DNA from: Octopus bimaculoides
Taxonomy: Eukaryota
NCBI RefSeq assembly: GCF_001194135.2
Contig: NC_068984.1
Span: forward strand, 80,603,955 to 80,650,691
Direction: 5' to 3'
DNA length: 46,737 nt
In this document: piece after piece, positions 36,110-46,737 of the stretch
Numbering within the stretch: the first letter of the stretch is position 1
How the letters are laid out: each line of letters opens with the position of its first letter
Position numbers and translations under genes: made by a program
The notes under the pieces: generated by a model
The model's input: the letters and a program-made list of their open reading frames with translations, nothing else
Databases searched by the model: none
What the model was told of the DNA's origin: nothing

Positions 36110-36600
36110 TCGGCTGAATGTCTCCTAGTTCATGAGTGGTACTTATATTATCGACAGAGGACAGATGAAAAGCAAATCCGGCTGGATTTTATATTAGAAC
36201 GGAAAGAAAGATATAAATTTTTCCCGGTGTTCTAATTGATTCTGCCAGCCCTTCATTTTCTAGAGTACGTTTACTCGACCAAGCTATTTAACTGGTCGAT
36301 TTTATTTTATACGAAAACGATAAAGAAGTAAAGTTCACCTTCGCGGGATTTGAACTTAGAATGTAAAGATCAGGAATGAATATTCTTTTCTACTCTAGGC
36401 ACAAGACCCGAAATTTTTCGGGAGGGGGGCCAGTCCGATTAGATCGACACCAGTACGCAACTGGTACTTAATTTATTAACCCCGAAAGAATGAAAAACAA
36501 AGTCGACCTCGGTGGAATTTGAACTAAGGAACGTAAGACAGACGAAATAACGATAAGCATTTCAACCGGCGTGCTAACGTTTCTGCCAGGTCACCGCCTT
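36110..36600 (-). mobile_element. Three head-to-tail family A SINE copies
   Basis: Copies at about 36110-36255, 36270-36370 and 36385-36600; the last is the best preserved. Confidence 0.78.
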
Positions 36601-37216
36601 GGAGCAGAAATGGATATTCCAAGTATTTTGTTGATGGCGCTATACCGGTTTTGCCAATTTACCGCCTCCGACGTTACCGATGAAGAAAACAGTCTATTGA
36701 GTGGATCTTTATCAAAGGAATCAAAGGAAGATATACAAATATGTGTGTCTCTAATATGAAAGAAGTGTTTGTACACTAGTACATGTATGCACACATGCAC
36801 ACATGCACATAAGCATACACAGAAACACACACACATATATATATGAGTGAGTGAGTATAAATTTATATTTATATATGTGTGTATAAATATATATAAGATA
36901 TATATACGAGTGTGTACACACATATATACGTGTGTGTGTCTGTCTGTGTGTGTGTTTATATGAAGTGTTGCGAAAATAAGTTGCTGAAACTGGCTTGTAC
37001 TGCAAATGGCAGTTTTAGAATTGATTGCACAAGAGGTCCTGAGACGGAAACCTTTCGAGAATTACTTCAACCCTTGGCATAAAAGATGGTCTCACTGCTG
37101 CAATAGGAGAGATTGGAGTAAAAGAAAATATTTGAATCGTTATTTCAAGTAATAACTTCGTGTGTAAAGAAGTGCACACGCACGCTCACGCATACTTACA
37201 TGTTGTATTTATATAT

Positions 37217-37259
<43 letters not shown>

Positions 37260-37329
37260 CTATCTCTATCTCTCCATATACATGCATACATACATACATG
37301 CATACATACATACATACACACATACACAT

Positions 37330-37383
<54 letters not shown>

Positions 37384-39369
37384 ATAATTATTTCATATAT
37401 TCTTATACCCACTTATCTTTTAGCAGAATGCGGAAGTTTACGAGCTGAATATATGACGTCAACTATTATATATGTATGTATGTATGTACGTACACACGTG
37501 TGTGTATATAACGTGCTACCTTTGTTTATATGTGTGTTACGGCTAATTTTCTTTCAGGCTCAGCGAAATGCTTGTAAATACTCTCCTGAACGTTACATAT
37601 ATACATACATACATACATACATACATANNNNNNNNNNNNNNNNNNNNNNNNNNNNNNNNNNNNNNNNNNNNNNNNNNNNNNNNNNNNNNNNNNNNNNNNN
37701 NNNNNNNNNNNNNNNNNNNNNNNNNNNNNNNNNNNNNNNNNNNNNNNNNNNNNNNNNNNNNNNNNNNNNNNNNNNNNNNNNNNNNNNNNNNNNNNNNNNN
37801 NNNNNNNNNNNNNNNNNNNNNNNNNNNNNNNNNNNNNNNNNNNNNNNNNNNNNNNNNNNNNNNNNNNNNNNNNNNNNNNNNNNNNNNNNNNTATATATAT
37901 ATATATATGATATATGTGCAGCTGTAAAATTATGTATTTGCATAGTTACGCAAACTGATAAGCATACATCCTTGTACATATACAAATACATATATATAGT
38001 GTTTTCGTAAACTGAATGTAAGGGAGAAATTTAATGAAATAGTGAAAATAACTTGAGCTGTCAAAGATAATGACAAAAGTGAAATGATGGAACTTCGGAA
38101 GAAAATGGTTCAGATCAATCTACGTAAATTCCTCTCACCATTAATTACCGTCTTTCTGAAAATTCTTTATTATTTAGTAACGCCTGCTTTGAATACTTAA
38201 GATCTACAGGAGGCTAATTGACCGCGATATTGGTCTCATAGATTCTGCGTATTACGTTCTCTACCTTATTTTATGTAGCCACGTCAAAGACAATTACATG
38301 ATTAGAGAGGTAGTTTGGGAAGATTAGGTGATGTTCATGCTTTCTAATGAATGAGGTTACTGTATATAAGATTTTGTACTTTAAGTTCATATTTCTAGGT
38401 AAAAACGTAAAATAATTATATCGGCACTATCTTTCAATCGGTTTCCTCTCCGATCATGGACAGGTGTATTATTCCTAGACGTATTTGTATTCCGAAATTC
38501 GATCTCTGAAAACACATGTATACACACACAAGCGTACGCAGACAAGCCTTCATTTTCATTTAGCTATATCTACTTTTCCTTCCCAAAAATATGAAAGTTT
38601 AAAGTAGGACATATAATTTTAGTTATTTTGCGTGCATGCATGTAAGTGTGTANNNNNNNNNNNNNNNNNNNNNNNNNNNNNNNNNNNNNNNNNNNNNNNN
38701 NNNNNNNNNNNNNNNNNNNNNNNNNNNNNNNNNNNNNNNNNNNNNNNNNNNNNNNNNNNNNNNNNNNNNNNNNNNNNNNNNNNNNNNNNNNNNNNNNNNN
38801 NNNNNNNNNNNNNNNNNNNNNNNNNNNNNNNNNNNNNNNNNNNNNNNNNNNNNNNNNNNNNNNNNNNNNNNNNNNNNNNNNNNNNNNNNNNNNNNNNNNN
38901 NNNNNNNNNNNNNNNNNNNNNNNNNNNNNNNNNNNNNNNNNTATATATATGTAAATGTAAGATCCAAGGATCGAGGTGTAGGAAGAAGATTAGCTTCAAG
39001 CATACCGTAGAAAATATAAAAATAGCTTTCAGCAACAAATAGTGGTTTATTGAAGCGGAAGGTTGGGAATTTTTTCCGTATCGAAGTATATTAAGCCGAA
39101 AAGTATATTTTATATTTCACGGTAGGCAACCAGAGTTGCCGGGTATGCGAATAAGAATACAAGAGTTAAGGAATGGAGAAGATAATATCCGGGCCACATA
39201 TGTTTCATAGCGAGCGGAGGCTCGGAAGTGGTAAATTTCCAAACGAGGTATACATCGCAGGCTACTCTTCTTGCAAAGGGTATCTTGCTTAAAAAGATAA
39301 GTTAGTTAGAAAGATAAATTGTGCGATCCAGCCTCGTTTTGACGTTAATTTTTGTAATAAAATAGGGTT

Positions 39370-39460
39370 GCTGTGCAAAAACCTTACTTTACACTGGTAG
39401 CCGAAAGATTGTTCATTATTTTGATATCTCATACAACAAAATCGGTAACTCAGTTTCATG
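39370..39460 (-). mobile_element. Fragment of the Helitron/HINE-like element seen at 41780-41930
   Basis: GTGCAAAAACCTTACTTT...TTTGATATCTCATACAACAAAATCGGTAACTC matches GTGCAAAAAACATACTTT...TTTGATACCTCATACGTCAAAATCGGCAACTC. Confidence 0.55.
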
Positions 39461-40921
39461 GCTACAAATTGGGTAATGTAGAAGTTGAAATAGTTCTTAC
39501 CCGTCCCATAATATTTGTTGATAGCTGTGAACAACACATATATATATATTGGCTTCCCCAATGAAAAGGCCATGTTCAAAAGTATTATGGTTTTCTGCAA
39601 GCATATTTGGTATCAATTTATATCAATTTTGAGTCCAATAGAATAAAAAAGGGACTTTTGGGCCTATATGTATATGTACATATATAAGGATATGAGTAAA
39701 CAGGGTTAGCAATGTGAGCAGTTTGGCATAAATGTATAGGGATGCTGTGGTTCTTGAAAATAAATGGGTAATGCTGGTATGCAGAGGTGAGGCAGCAGTA
39801 ATGGAATATGGCAGTAGTATGGCTTCATGGCTGAAATAAAGTAAAGTATATAAGTTGCACGAGAAAAGGACTTTGTTTTGCTTTTGAGTGTAAACATGCA
39901 AAAGTAAGCAATCGAGACTTAGGGATGTAAAGATATTGATGCCGAATGAGGACGTAGAGGTTTCCGTATTGCACAAAGTAACGTACATGGAAAGGAAGTT
40001 GCTTCATTGTGAAAAGCGCCATCTCTGTAATGTTTGGGCAGACTGCATACTTCAGCAAATGTTCAGTGAAGCCGACAATGCTTCTGGATAAACTATGCTT
40101 TGCATGTCTCCAGTATTGGTAGAATAAATACACATGAGACCCTTCTTTGCCGTGTCGTCATATATTGCAAGTAGGCAAAATTTCCTTTGCCACGAAAATT
40201 CGAAGAATGACACAATACGCACTCTTTCTTTATTTCTAACAAAACAGACCCCTGTGTTTTTTTTAATAAGAGTAACTCCTAGCGAGAAGATCACAATCAA
40301 ATTCAAACTTGGATTGTACACTTCGTCGGCAAGTTTCGAGTTTTAACACTTTATCCGCAATAATTTAAAGGTATGTTACGGATAATTTATTTTCGTAACA
40401 TAATTCTGTTAGTAAATGTTTTTCTCGCAACAATTTAAAGATATGTCAGAGATAATTTATTTTAATAACATAATTTTGTGTTAGTAAATGATTTTTCTCT
40501 TACTCAAACACCTAACAATTTTGATTTCGAAGTATTTAATAAATTATGTGGAAATTATAAAGAGAAACGAATGGCGGAATCGGTCTGTCCGTATTTTAAA
40601 ACCAAACGTTTTTTTAAAAATTAAAAAACAGTGGAAAGTTTGGGAATTAGTGTGAGGGGGAATATTTAAAAGAAAATACGTTTTTATTGGATAATCGCAT
40701 TAATTACATTGTGCAGAAGACAGAATAAAATAAAAGAATGTTATGAGGAGTTTTAGTACATGCTTCGATCAGAACTCCGCCGACTTTTTCTATATTTTGC
40801 AATTCGTGTTTGTGATGAACATATGTAGAAAGCCTAATCTTCGATATAAACTTTTAAAGTAAGTATTCTCAGAAATCGTGTCATTTAGCTTTTGTTTCTA
40901 GCATGTCGGGGTTGACATTTG

Positions 40922-41540
40922 CATCCCACTTCTTTTTTCCAAAATTTCTTCGGGTTCCTATGTTTTCGATACAGGTGATTAGGATTTTACCCCAAAATCT
41001 TTAAGAATTTCTTTTTCTTAATGAAACATTCAAATTCCCTTCCCCAACCTTCACCCATCACCTCCCCACATTCAAAAAGTTAAAAACTCCGAATGTTTCA
41101 TTTTTAGCTGTTTTGAAAGCGGGGAACTCTTTTTAGAAATAATGTCGTTTAGCAGTTGCTTCTAACATGCCGGGTTTTCTGGTGGTGGTCTGATATTTTT
41201 GGCGTCTGTTATTTCAGTTGAATTCTACGCATGCGTGAAACATTCAGAGCTTCTAGATGTTTGAAAGTGAGGAGGTTATGTGTGGGTGAAGTGGGGGAAG
41301 GAGCATTGAGTGTTTCTTTAAGAAACATAAAAATTTTAAAAGAAAATTCCCAGATTCGTAATCTCTGCATCTTTCTACGTGAATTAAAAACAAAATTAGA
41401 AAAAATTTTTAAATTAAGAAATTGAGGTACGGAGGGAAGAAATTAGAATTTTGAAAACATGATTCTTGGGGCAAAATCGTATTCTCCTATACTGAAAACA
41501 TAGAAACCCCAAGAAATTTTAGAAAAAAAAGTGTAAGTGG
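40922..41540. repeat. About 620-bp imperfect foldback
   Basis: 40922-41100 is the reverse complement of 41237-41540, except for an extra block of about 100 bp in the right arm. The loop spans about 41101-41236. Confidence 0.8.
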
Positions 41541-41779
41541 GTGGTACGGAAATTGTGCTAATAGTTATGCTCAAAAAGCATTGTTTTGGTCATTTTCCGT
41601 TGACAAATATAGTTTTGTGCATCACAAATGCACTCAGAACACTCCATTGCTGCATTTTTTGACACCAAGCACATTAAAACTAGCAACGTAGATTAGAAGC
41701 AAATCAGAATATTTGTTCGAAATTGATTTCAAGATAGTGCGACCCGACCTCGTTTTCGAGGCTATTCTCGTAGTAAAAA

Positions 41780-41930
41780 AGAGTTGTGCAAAAAACATAC
41801 TTTATTTGGTAACCGAAGGATTACTGAATCTTTTGATACCTCATACGTCAAAATCGGCAACTCGGTTTTCGAATCCATAAGGAACATACGAACCACACAC
41901 ACACACACACAGAGAAACTCTGTTTTATAT
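41780..41930 (-). mobile_element. 5' terminus of a non-autonomous Helitron/HINE-like element
   Basis: Minus strand reads ATATAAAACAGAGTTTCTC(TG)n...CCGATTTTGAC. This TATAAAA / short microsatellite / CCGATTTT layout is typical of DINE-1/Lep1-like elements. Confidence 0.5.
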
Positions 41931-42256
41931 GTGTGTGTGTGTAAGTGTGTGTGTGTGTGTGTGTGTATGAGTGTGTGTGTGCGTATGTGTGTGTGCGTAT
42001 GTGCGTGTGCGTATGTATGTGTGCGCGTGCGCGTGTGCGTGTGTTAAATAATCGCAGTAGAGTCCGCTCGAACGGACAGTGGTTACGAACATTACTTGCT
42101 AGTACAACTACTGCGTTGATCTCTTAGACATATACACCATGAGTGTATGTGTATGCTTGTGTGTGTTTTCTGTCGGCGTTTACATATATGTATATGAATA
42201 TATATATACGCGTGTGTGTGTGTGTGTGTGCGTGTACCTATCTATCTATACATGCA

Positions 42257-42284
<28 letters not shown>

Positions 42285-42288
<4 letters not shown>

Positions 42289-42580
42289 GTGGTTATGGTA
42301 TTCGGTTCACGTCCGTAAGGTCCATGAGTTTAATTCTCGGCGATGTAAGACATTATTTCCGTTGTTCGAGTCCACTAAGCTGGGAAAATTGAGTAGTACC
42401 TGTAGTTCAAAGGTCAAACCATGTCACATTCTGTGTCACACGGGATCACCCTCGGAACTACGTTAAGAGTACGCGCGCTTATGAGGTGCTAAGCCACATA
42501 CGCGTTAATTTCACGAGCAGGCTGTTCCATTGATTCGGATCAACTGGAACCCCTATCGTCGTAACCGACAGAGTGCCAGT
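42285..42580 (+). mobile_element. Family B SINE
   Basis: tRNA-like head TAGTGGTT...GAGTTTAATTCTC and tail GTTAATTTCACGAGCAGGCTGTTCC...GTCGTAACCGAC. Confidence 0.8.
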
Positions 42581-42647
42581 ATGTATATATATATATATAT
42601 ATNNNNNNNNNNNNNNNNNNNNNNNNNNNNNNNNNNNNNNNNNNNNN

Positions 42648-42978
42648 GGTTCCAGTTGATCCGATCAACGGAACAGCCTGCTCGTGAAATTAACGTGCAA
42701 GTGGCTGAGCACTCCACAGACACGTGTGCCCTTAACGTAGTTCTCGTGGATATTCAGCGTGACACAATTTGACAAGGCTGACCCTTTGAATTACAGGCAC
42801 AACAGAAACAGGAAGTAAGAGTGAGAGGAAGTTGTGGTGAAAGAGTACAGCAGGGTTCGCCACCATCCCCTGCCGGAGCCTCGTGGAGCTTTAGGTGTTT
42901 TCGCTCAATAAAACACACACAACGCCCGGTCTGAGAATCGAAACCGCGATCCTATGACCGCGAGTCCGCTGCCTTAAC
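42648..42978 (-). mobile_element. Family B SINE, inverted relative to the neighbouring copy
   Basis: GGTTCCAGTTGATCCGATCAACGGAACAGCCTGCTCGTGAAATTAAC, with a head remnant GAATCGAAACCGCGATCC...CCTTAACT. Confidence 0.85.
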
Positions 42979-43346
42979 TATATATATATATGAATTGCTA
43001 TATTTACTATAAATAGGAGCTTTTAAAATCTCTGACAGCCTCGTATTCGAATGATTTCTAGTGAAAGGCTACAAAAGCTCTTATCTACACGGTCATTGAT
43101 GCATATGCATTTAATGATATTTTTTTCGATTATTTTAATGAATTTTCCATTAAATGTTGTTATATGAAACAGATGTCAACGTTATGCTTACCGGTTGAGC
43201 TTTCGTTAAGTCGCGTTGTCAGTGATTTTATCTAATTTCCTATAGTTAGCAATGAGTTGCCTCTTAGCCAAGACATATCTTAAATGCCCTGAACATTCAA
43301 CGGAGATTTATCTGATCGAATCATAAATTCAAAGCTATAAGAATAT

Positions 43347-43427
<81 letters not shown>

Positions 43428-43710
43428 CAGACACATACGCATACACACACACACGCACACACGCACACACGCTTTATATATATACATATATATTTATATG
43501 ATACATGTAAGTGCTGGTCTCTGCTTATCTATTTTTCGACATTGTGAAGTAGGATTTCTACACACAACGTTTCCTCTTTGTTATCTTGCTTTCAATACAT
43601 ATCTTCCAATATTTTTATATCATTTGTCTGCGCAGGCTTCTATTCATATCCACCTCCCACCCTCCCTCTCTCTCTATCAACATACATATATACATACATG
43701 CATACAGATA

Positions 43711-43742
<32 letters not shown>

Positions 43743-43854
43743 AATATATATATATGTATGTATGTATGTATGTCTATATCCATATATACATACATATATA
43801 TGCATTTACATATATATTTATACATACACACATCCGTATACACTCACATATATA

Positions 43855-44010
43855 TAGGCACAGACGTGGCTGTGTGGCAAGAAGTTTGCTCGTTTGCATC
43901 ACAACCACATTGGTCCGGGTTCAGTGGGTTCAGTTCCACTATATCGCACCTTGGGCAACTGTCTGCTACTATAAGTTCGGGCCGATAAAAGCCTTGCAAA
44001 TGGATACGGA
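43855..44010 (+). mobile_element. 5' half of a family C SINE running into (TACA)n
   Basis: GGCACAGACGTGGCTGTGTGGCAAGAAGTTTGC, GGTTCAGTTCC, GCACCTTGGGCAACT. Confidence 0.75.
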
Positions 44011-44153
44011 TATACATACTTGGATGCATACATACATACATACATACATACACACATACATACATGCATACACACATACATACATACATACATACATACA
44101 TACATTCGTGTGTGTATACATATGTATATATACACGTACACACACACATGTAC

Positions 44154-44194
<41 letters not shown>

Positions 44195-45324
44195 TGGTGT
44201 TTATGTGAGTGTGCCCGCGCGTAGGTGTTTCCGTGTATGCATGTTTATATGTATATACATTCGTGTACCTGTGTATGTCAGTATACTCATCTGTGTGTAA
44301 TCATGTATGCTTATTATACTATGGAACGTGTTTGAAGCATACATATCTCGTTTTGTTTAACTCGCGGTTGCTTTTCTTCAGTATCTGTAAATGTTTAAGT
44401 TTCTTTTAATCATTCCCACCCTTGTGACTTATACATATATATATATATATATAAATTTTAAATCCAAAAGAAAAAAGAATTTACAATTTATTCCTTCACC
44501 GCAACCACTAGCTGGAATACACTGGTGCTTACAATTGCCAAGTATTACCTCTAATTTTCAATTTACCTATATATATATATATATAGATAGATAGATAGAT
44601 NNNNNNNNNNNNNNNNNNNNNNNNNNNNNNNNNNNNNNNNNNNNNNNNNNNNNNNNNNNNNNNNNNNNNNNNNNNNNNNNNNNNNNNNNNNNNNNNNNNN
44701 NNNNNNNNNNNNNNNNNNNNNNNNNNNNNNNNNNNNNNNNNNNNNNNNNNNNNNNNNNNNNNNNNNNNNNNNNNNNNNNNNNNNNNNNNNNNNNNNNNNN
44801 NNNNNNNNNNNNNNNNNNNNNNNNNNNNNNNNNNNNNNNNNNNNNNNNNNNNNNNNNNNNNNNNNNNNNNNNNNNNNNNNNNNNNNNNNNNNNNNNNNNN
44901 NNNNNNNNNNNNNNNNNNNNNNNNNNNNNNNNNNNNNNNNNNNNNNNNNNNNNNNNNNNNNNNNNNNNNNNNNNNNNNNNNNNNNNNNNNNNNNNNNNNN
45001 NNNNNNNNNNNNNNNNNNNNNNNNNNNNNNNNNNNNNNNNNNNNNNNNNNNNNNNNNNNNNNNNNNNNNNNNNNNNNNNNNNNNNNNNNNNNNNNNNNNN
45101 NNNNNNNNNNNNNNNNNNNNNNNNNNNNNNNNNNNNNNNNNNNNNNNNNNNNNNNNNNNNNNNNNNNNNNNNNNNNNNNNNNNNNNNNNNNNNNNNNNNN
45201 NNNNNNNNNNNNNNNNNNNNNNNNNNNNNNNNNNNNNNNNNNNNNNNNNNNNNNNNNNNNNNNNNNNNNNNNNNNNNNNNNNNNNNNNNNNNNNNNNNNN
45301 NNNNNNNNNNNNNNNNNNNNNNNN

Positions 45325-45365
<41 letters not shown>

Positions 45366-45779
45366 GAGAGAGAGAGAGAGAGAGAGCGGGAAGAGGAACA
45401 TCGAGATGGATAGGTAAATTGATGTCTCTGTTTGTGTGCATGTATGTTTATATGCAAATCTGATTTTACACCTCTTTTGGGCCATTTATCTTTGTATTTG
45501 TCAACGTCTACTTATTTTTTAGCATACACTTTTATATCACTGTACTTCTCTAGTTTATGTTTGTATCTGTTTGTGTATTTGTCTTCCTCTTCCTCTCCCT
45601 CTCTCCCACCCTCACGCACTCACAACTCCTTTCCATCTTCATAGTTCCTATACTTAAAACTCATTTATCTTTCTCCTTCATTCATTTCAGTAATCTCTAC
45701 CTTCATACGCTTCCTTCCTAACCTTTGCTATTCCCATTTTTCACAATATTTATACCAACTAATTACTTCCTCACGTCAC

Positions 45780-45818
45780 TGTCTGACGAGCCGTTATCGG
45801 CGAAATCTCGATGTCACA
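45780..45818 (+). ncRNA. Minimal type-I hammerhead ribozyme motif with canonical core
   Basis: TGT-CTGACGA-GCCG-TTAT-CGGC-GAAA-TCTCGAT-GTC|ACA. It lies downstream of a pyrimidine-rich tract (about 45480-45770), as in Penelope pseudo-LTRs. Stem III is imperfect. Confidence 0.7.
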
Positions 45819-45874
45819 CAAGACACTCTGTATTTCCGCCACATAAATTATGGATAGAGATGCATAGAAATGTA

Positions 45875-45899
<25 letters not shown>

Positions 45900-45905
<6 letters not shown>

Positions 45906-46737
45906 GTAAGAAATTCTGTCTGTGGGTGTGTTTGTGGAGTTGTTAGCTAACTCCTCCTACATCGTGTTATCGATTTTGATGAAACTTGACACGTGAATAG
46001 AACTCATCTCTGAAAACCTCATGGCATACTCAGATTGTTGAAAAACCGATAACTGGGCCCCTGGAAGGTATCCTTATATATATATCGAATATATTTCATT
46101 TTAACATCCGAGGGAAATAACCCATTCGCCCAGATTTTAACAGCCAAGGGAAATAACCCATTCATTTTCCTAAATCGTTTGACATAAATCAAATTGAGTA
46201 TACTTATTTCTTAGTATTTGAGCTGTTAGAGTTATTTTCGCAATTTATCCAGTACAACCCTTAAACAAGTAAATAACATTTTCCTAAACAATGATCCACT
46301 TATTTCGGTTAGTGACTTATTCCCGAATATACTAACACTAGCGCCCCAGAGGGTAATATTTTCTGGGAACACAGAAAAAACCCTTATTAGAGTTATTTAC
46401 TATGAATTGTTATTACCTCATATCTGATTAGCCTGTTATTGCGTAACATGCTTCACAATTTTAGTATACATACCTTATTAGTATTTCCTCCCAAGTTCTA
46501 TATGCTCTGGGAACGCATTAAGGCCCTTTTCGGGGCTACTTTATTTGAATTCTTACTATCGAGTAGCTAATCTCATGTTATTACAAAACTGACTTCAGGA
46601 ATTCCTAAAAACAAGATCCTGTGTAAGACAGTTTGGTATTCTCTGTAAATGCACAAAAACCGTTTTAAGGGCTACGTACTTTGTATTGATGTTATTGGAT
46701 TAGTGAAACAATTATGAGAACGGAACCAAGGGATAAG
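45900..46737 (+). mobile_element. Probable non-autonomous Helitron/HINE-like element; 3' extent unknown
   Basis: AGAAATTCTGTCTGTGGGTGTGTTTGTG...AACTCCTCC...CGATTTTGATGAAACTTG resembles the 5' core of such elements. An internal 36-bp tandem duplication lies at about 46098-46163. Confidence 0.45.

Larger units (their letters stand above)
3733..45324. other. Fourteen assembly gaps (N runs), almost all next to microsatellites
   Basis: Gaps at 3733-3807, 5675-6578, 7843-7852, 17489-17720, 20177-20566, 21462-21552, 27765-27870, 28381-28390, 31108-31283, 32634-32734, 37628-37891, 38653-38941, 42603-42647 and 44601-45324. Confidence 0.97.

Noticed and set aside
39180-40330. Helitron RepHel or other coding remnant in the moderately long ORFs
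   Set aside because: I could not find Rep or helicase motifs in the frames I read.
42040-42125. Pistol ribozyme resemblance (TTAAATA and GCGTTGAT)
   Set aside because: P1, the pseudoknot and the P2/P3 pairings cannot be formed.
3458-45946. Long ORFs rich in YI, HT, VC, CV, poly-L, poly-S or X in the supplied track
   Set aside because: They are translations of microsatellites or run through N gaps, with no domain content.
46098-46163. Repeated AGGGAAATAACCCATTC as a CRISPR-like array
   Set aside because: There are only two units, the intervening sequence is also similar, the context is eukaryotic and no cas genes are present. It is a 36-bp tandem duplication.

Overview
Repeat-rich, AT-rich animal DNA, probably intronic or intergenic, with 14 assembly gaps that almost all abut microsatellites. 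The mix of tRNA-derived SINEs, RTE and R4/Dong LINE remnants and dense (TA)n/(GT)n/(TACA)n tracts resembles an octopus genome; that assignment is inference, not a database result. I recognise no intact host protein-coding gene, rRNA, tRNA or CRISPR array, and nearly all supplied ORFs are microsatellite or gap artefacts. Supported content: an internally deleted RTE LINE, four R4/Dong-type fragments, a full-length dead DD37D (maT-type) Tc1/mariner transposon, a 176-bp TG...CA solo-LTR-like element, many SINE copies from at least three families, Helitron/HINE-like termini and three large inverted-repeat structures. The most interesting signal is a set of small non-coding elements carrying minimal type-I hammerhead ribozyme motifs of the Penelope/retrozyme kind (10350-10386, 29480-29560, 29933-29973, 45780-45818, and a degenerate one near 19909-19950). 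Four of the five lie between microsatellites. One has an inverted arm / repeat / ribozyme / arm / repeat layout with a 353-nt period, as expected for a retrozyme-like circular-RNA element.
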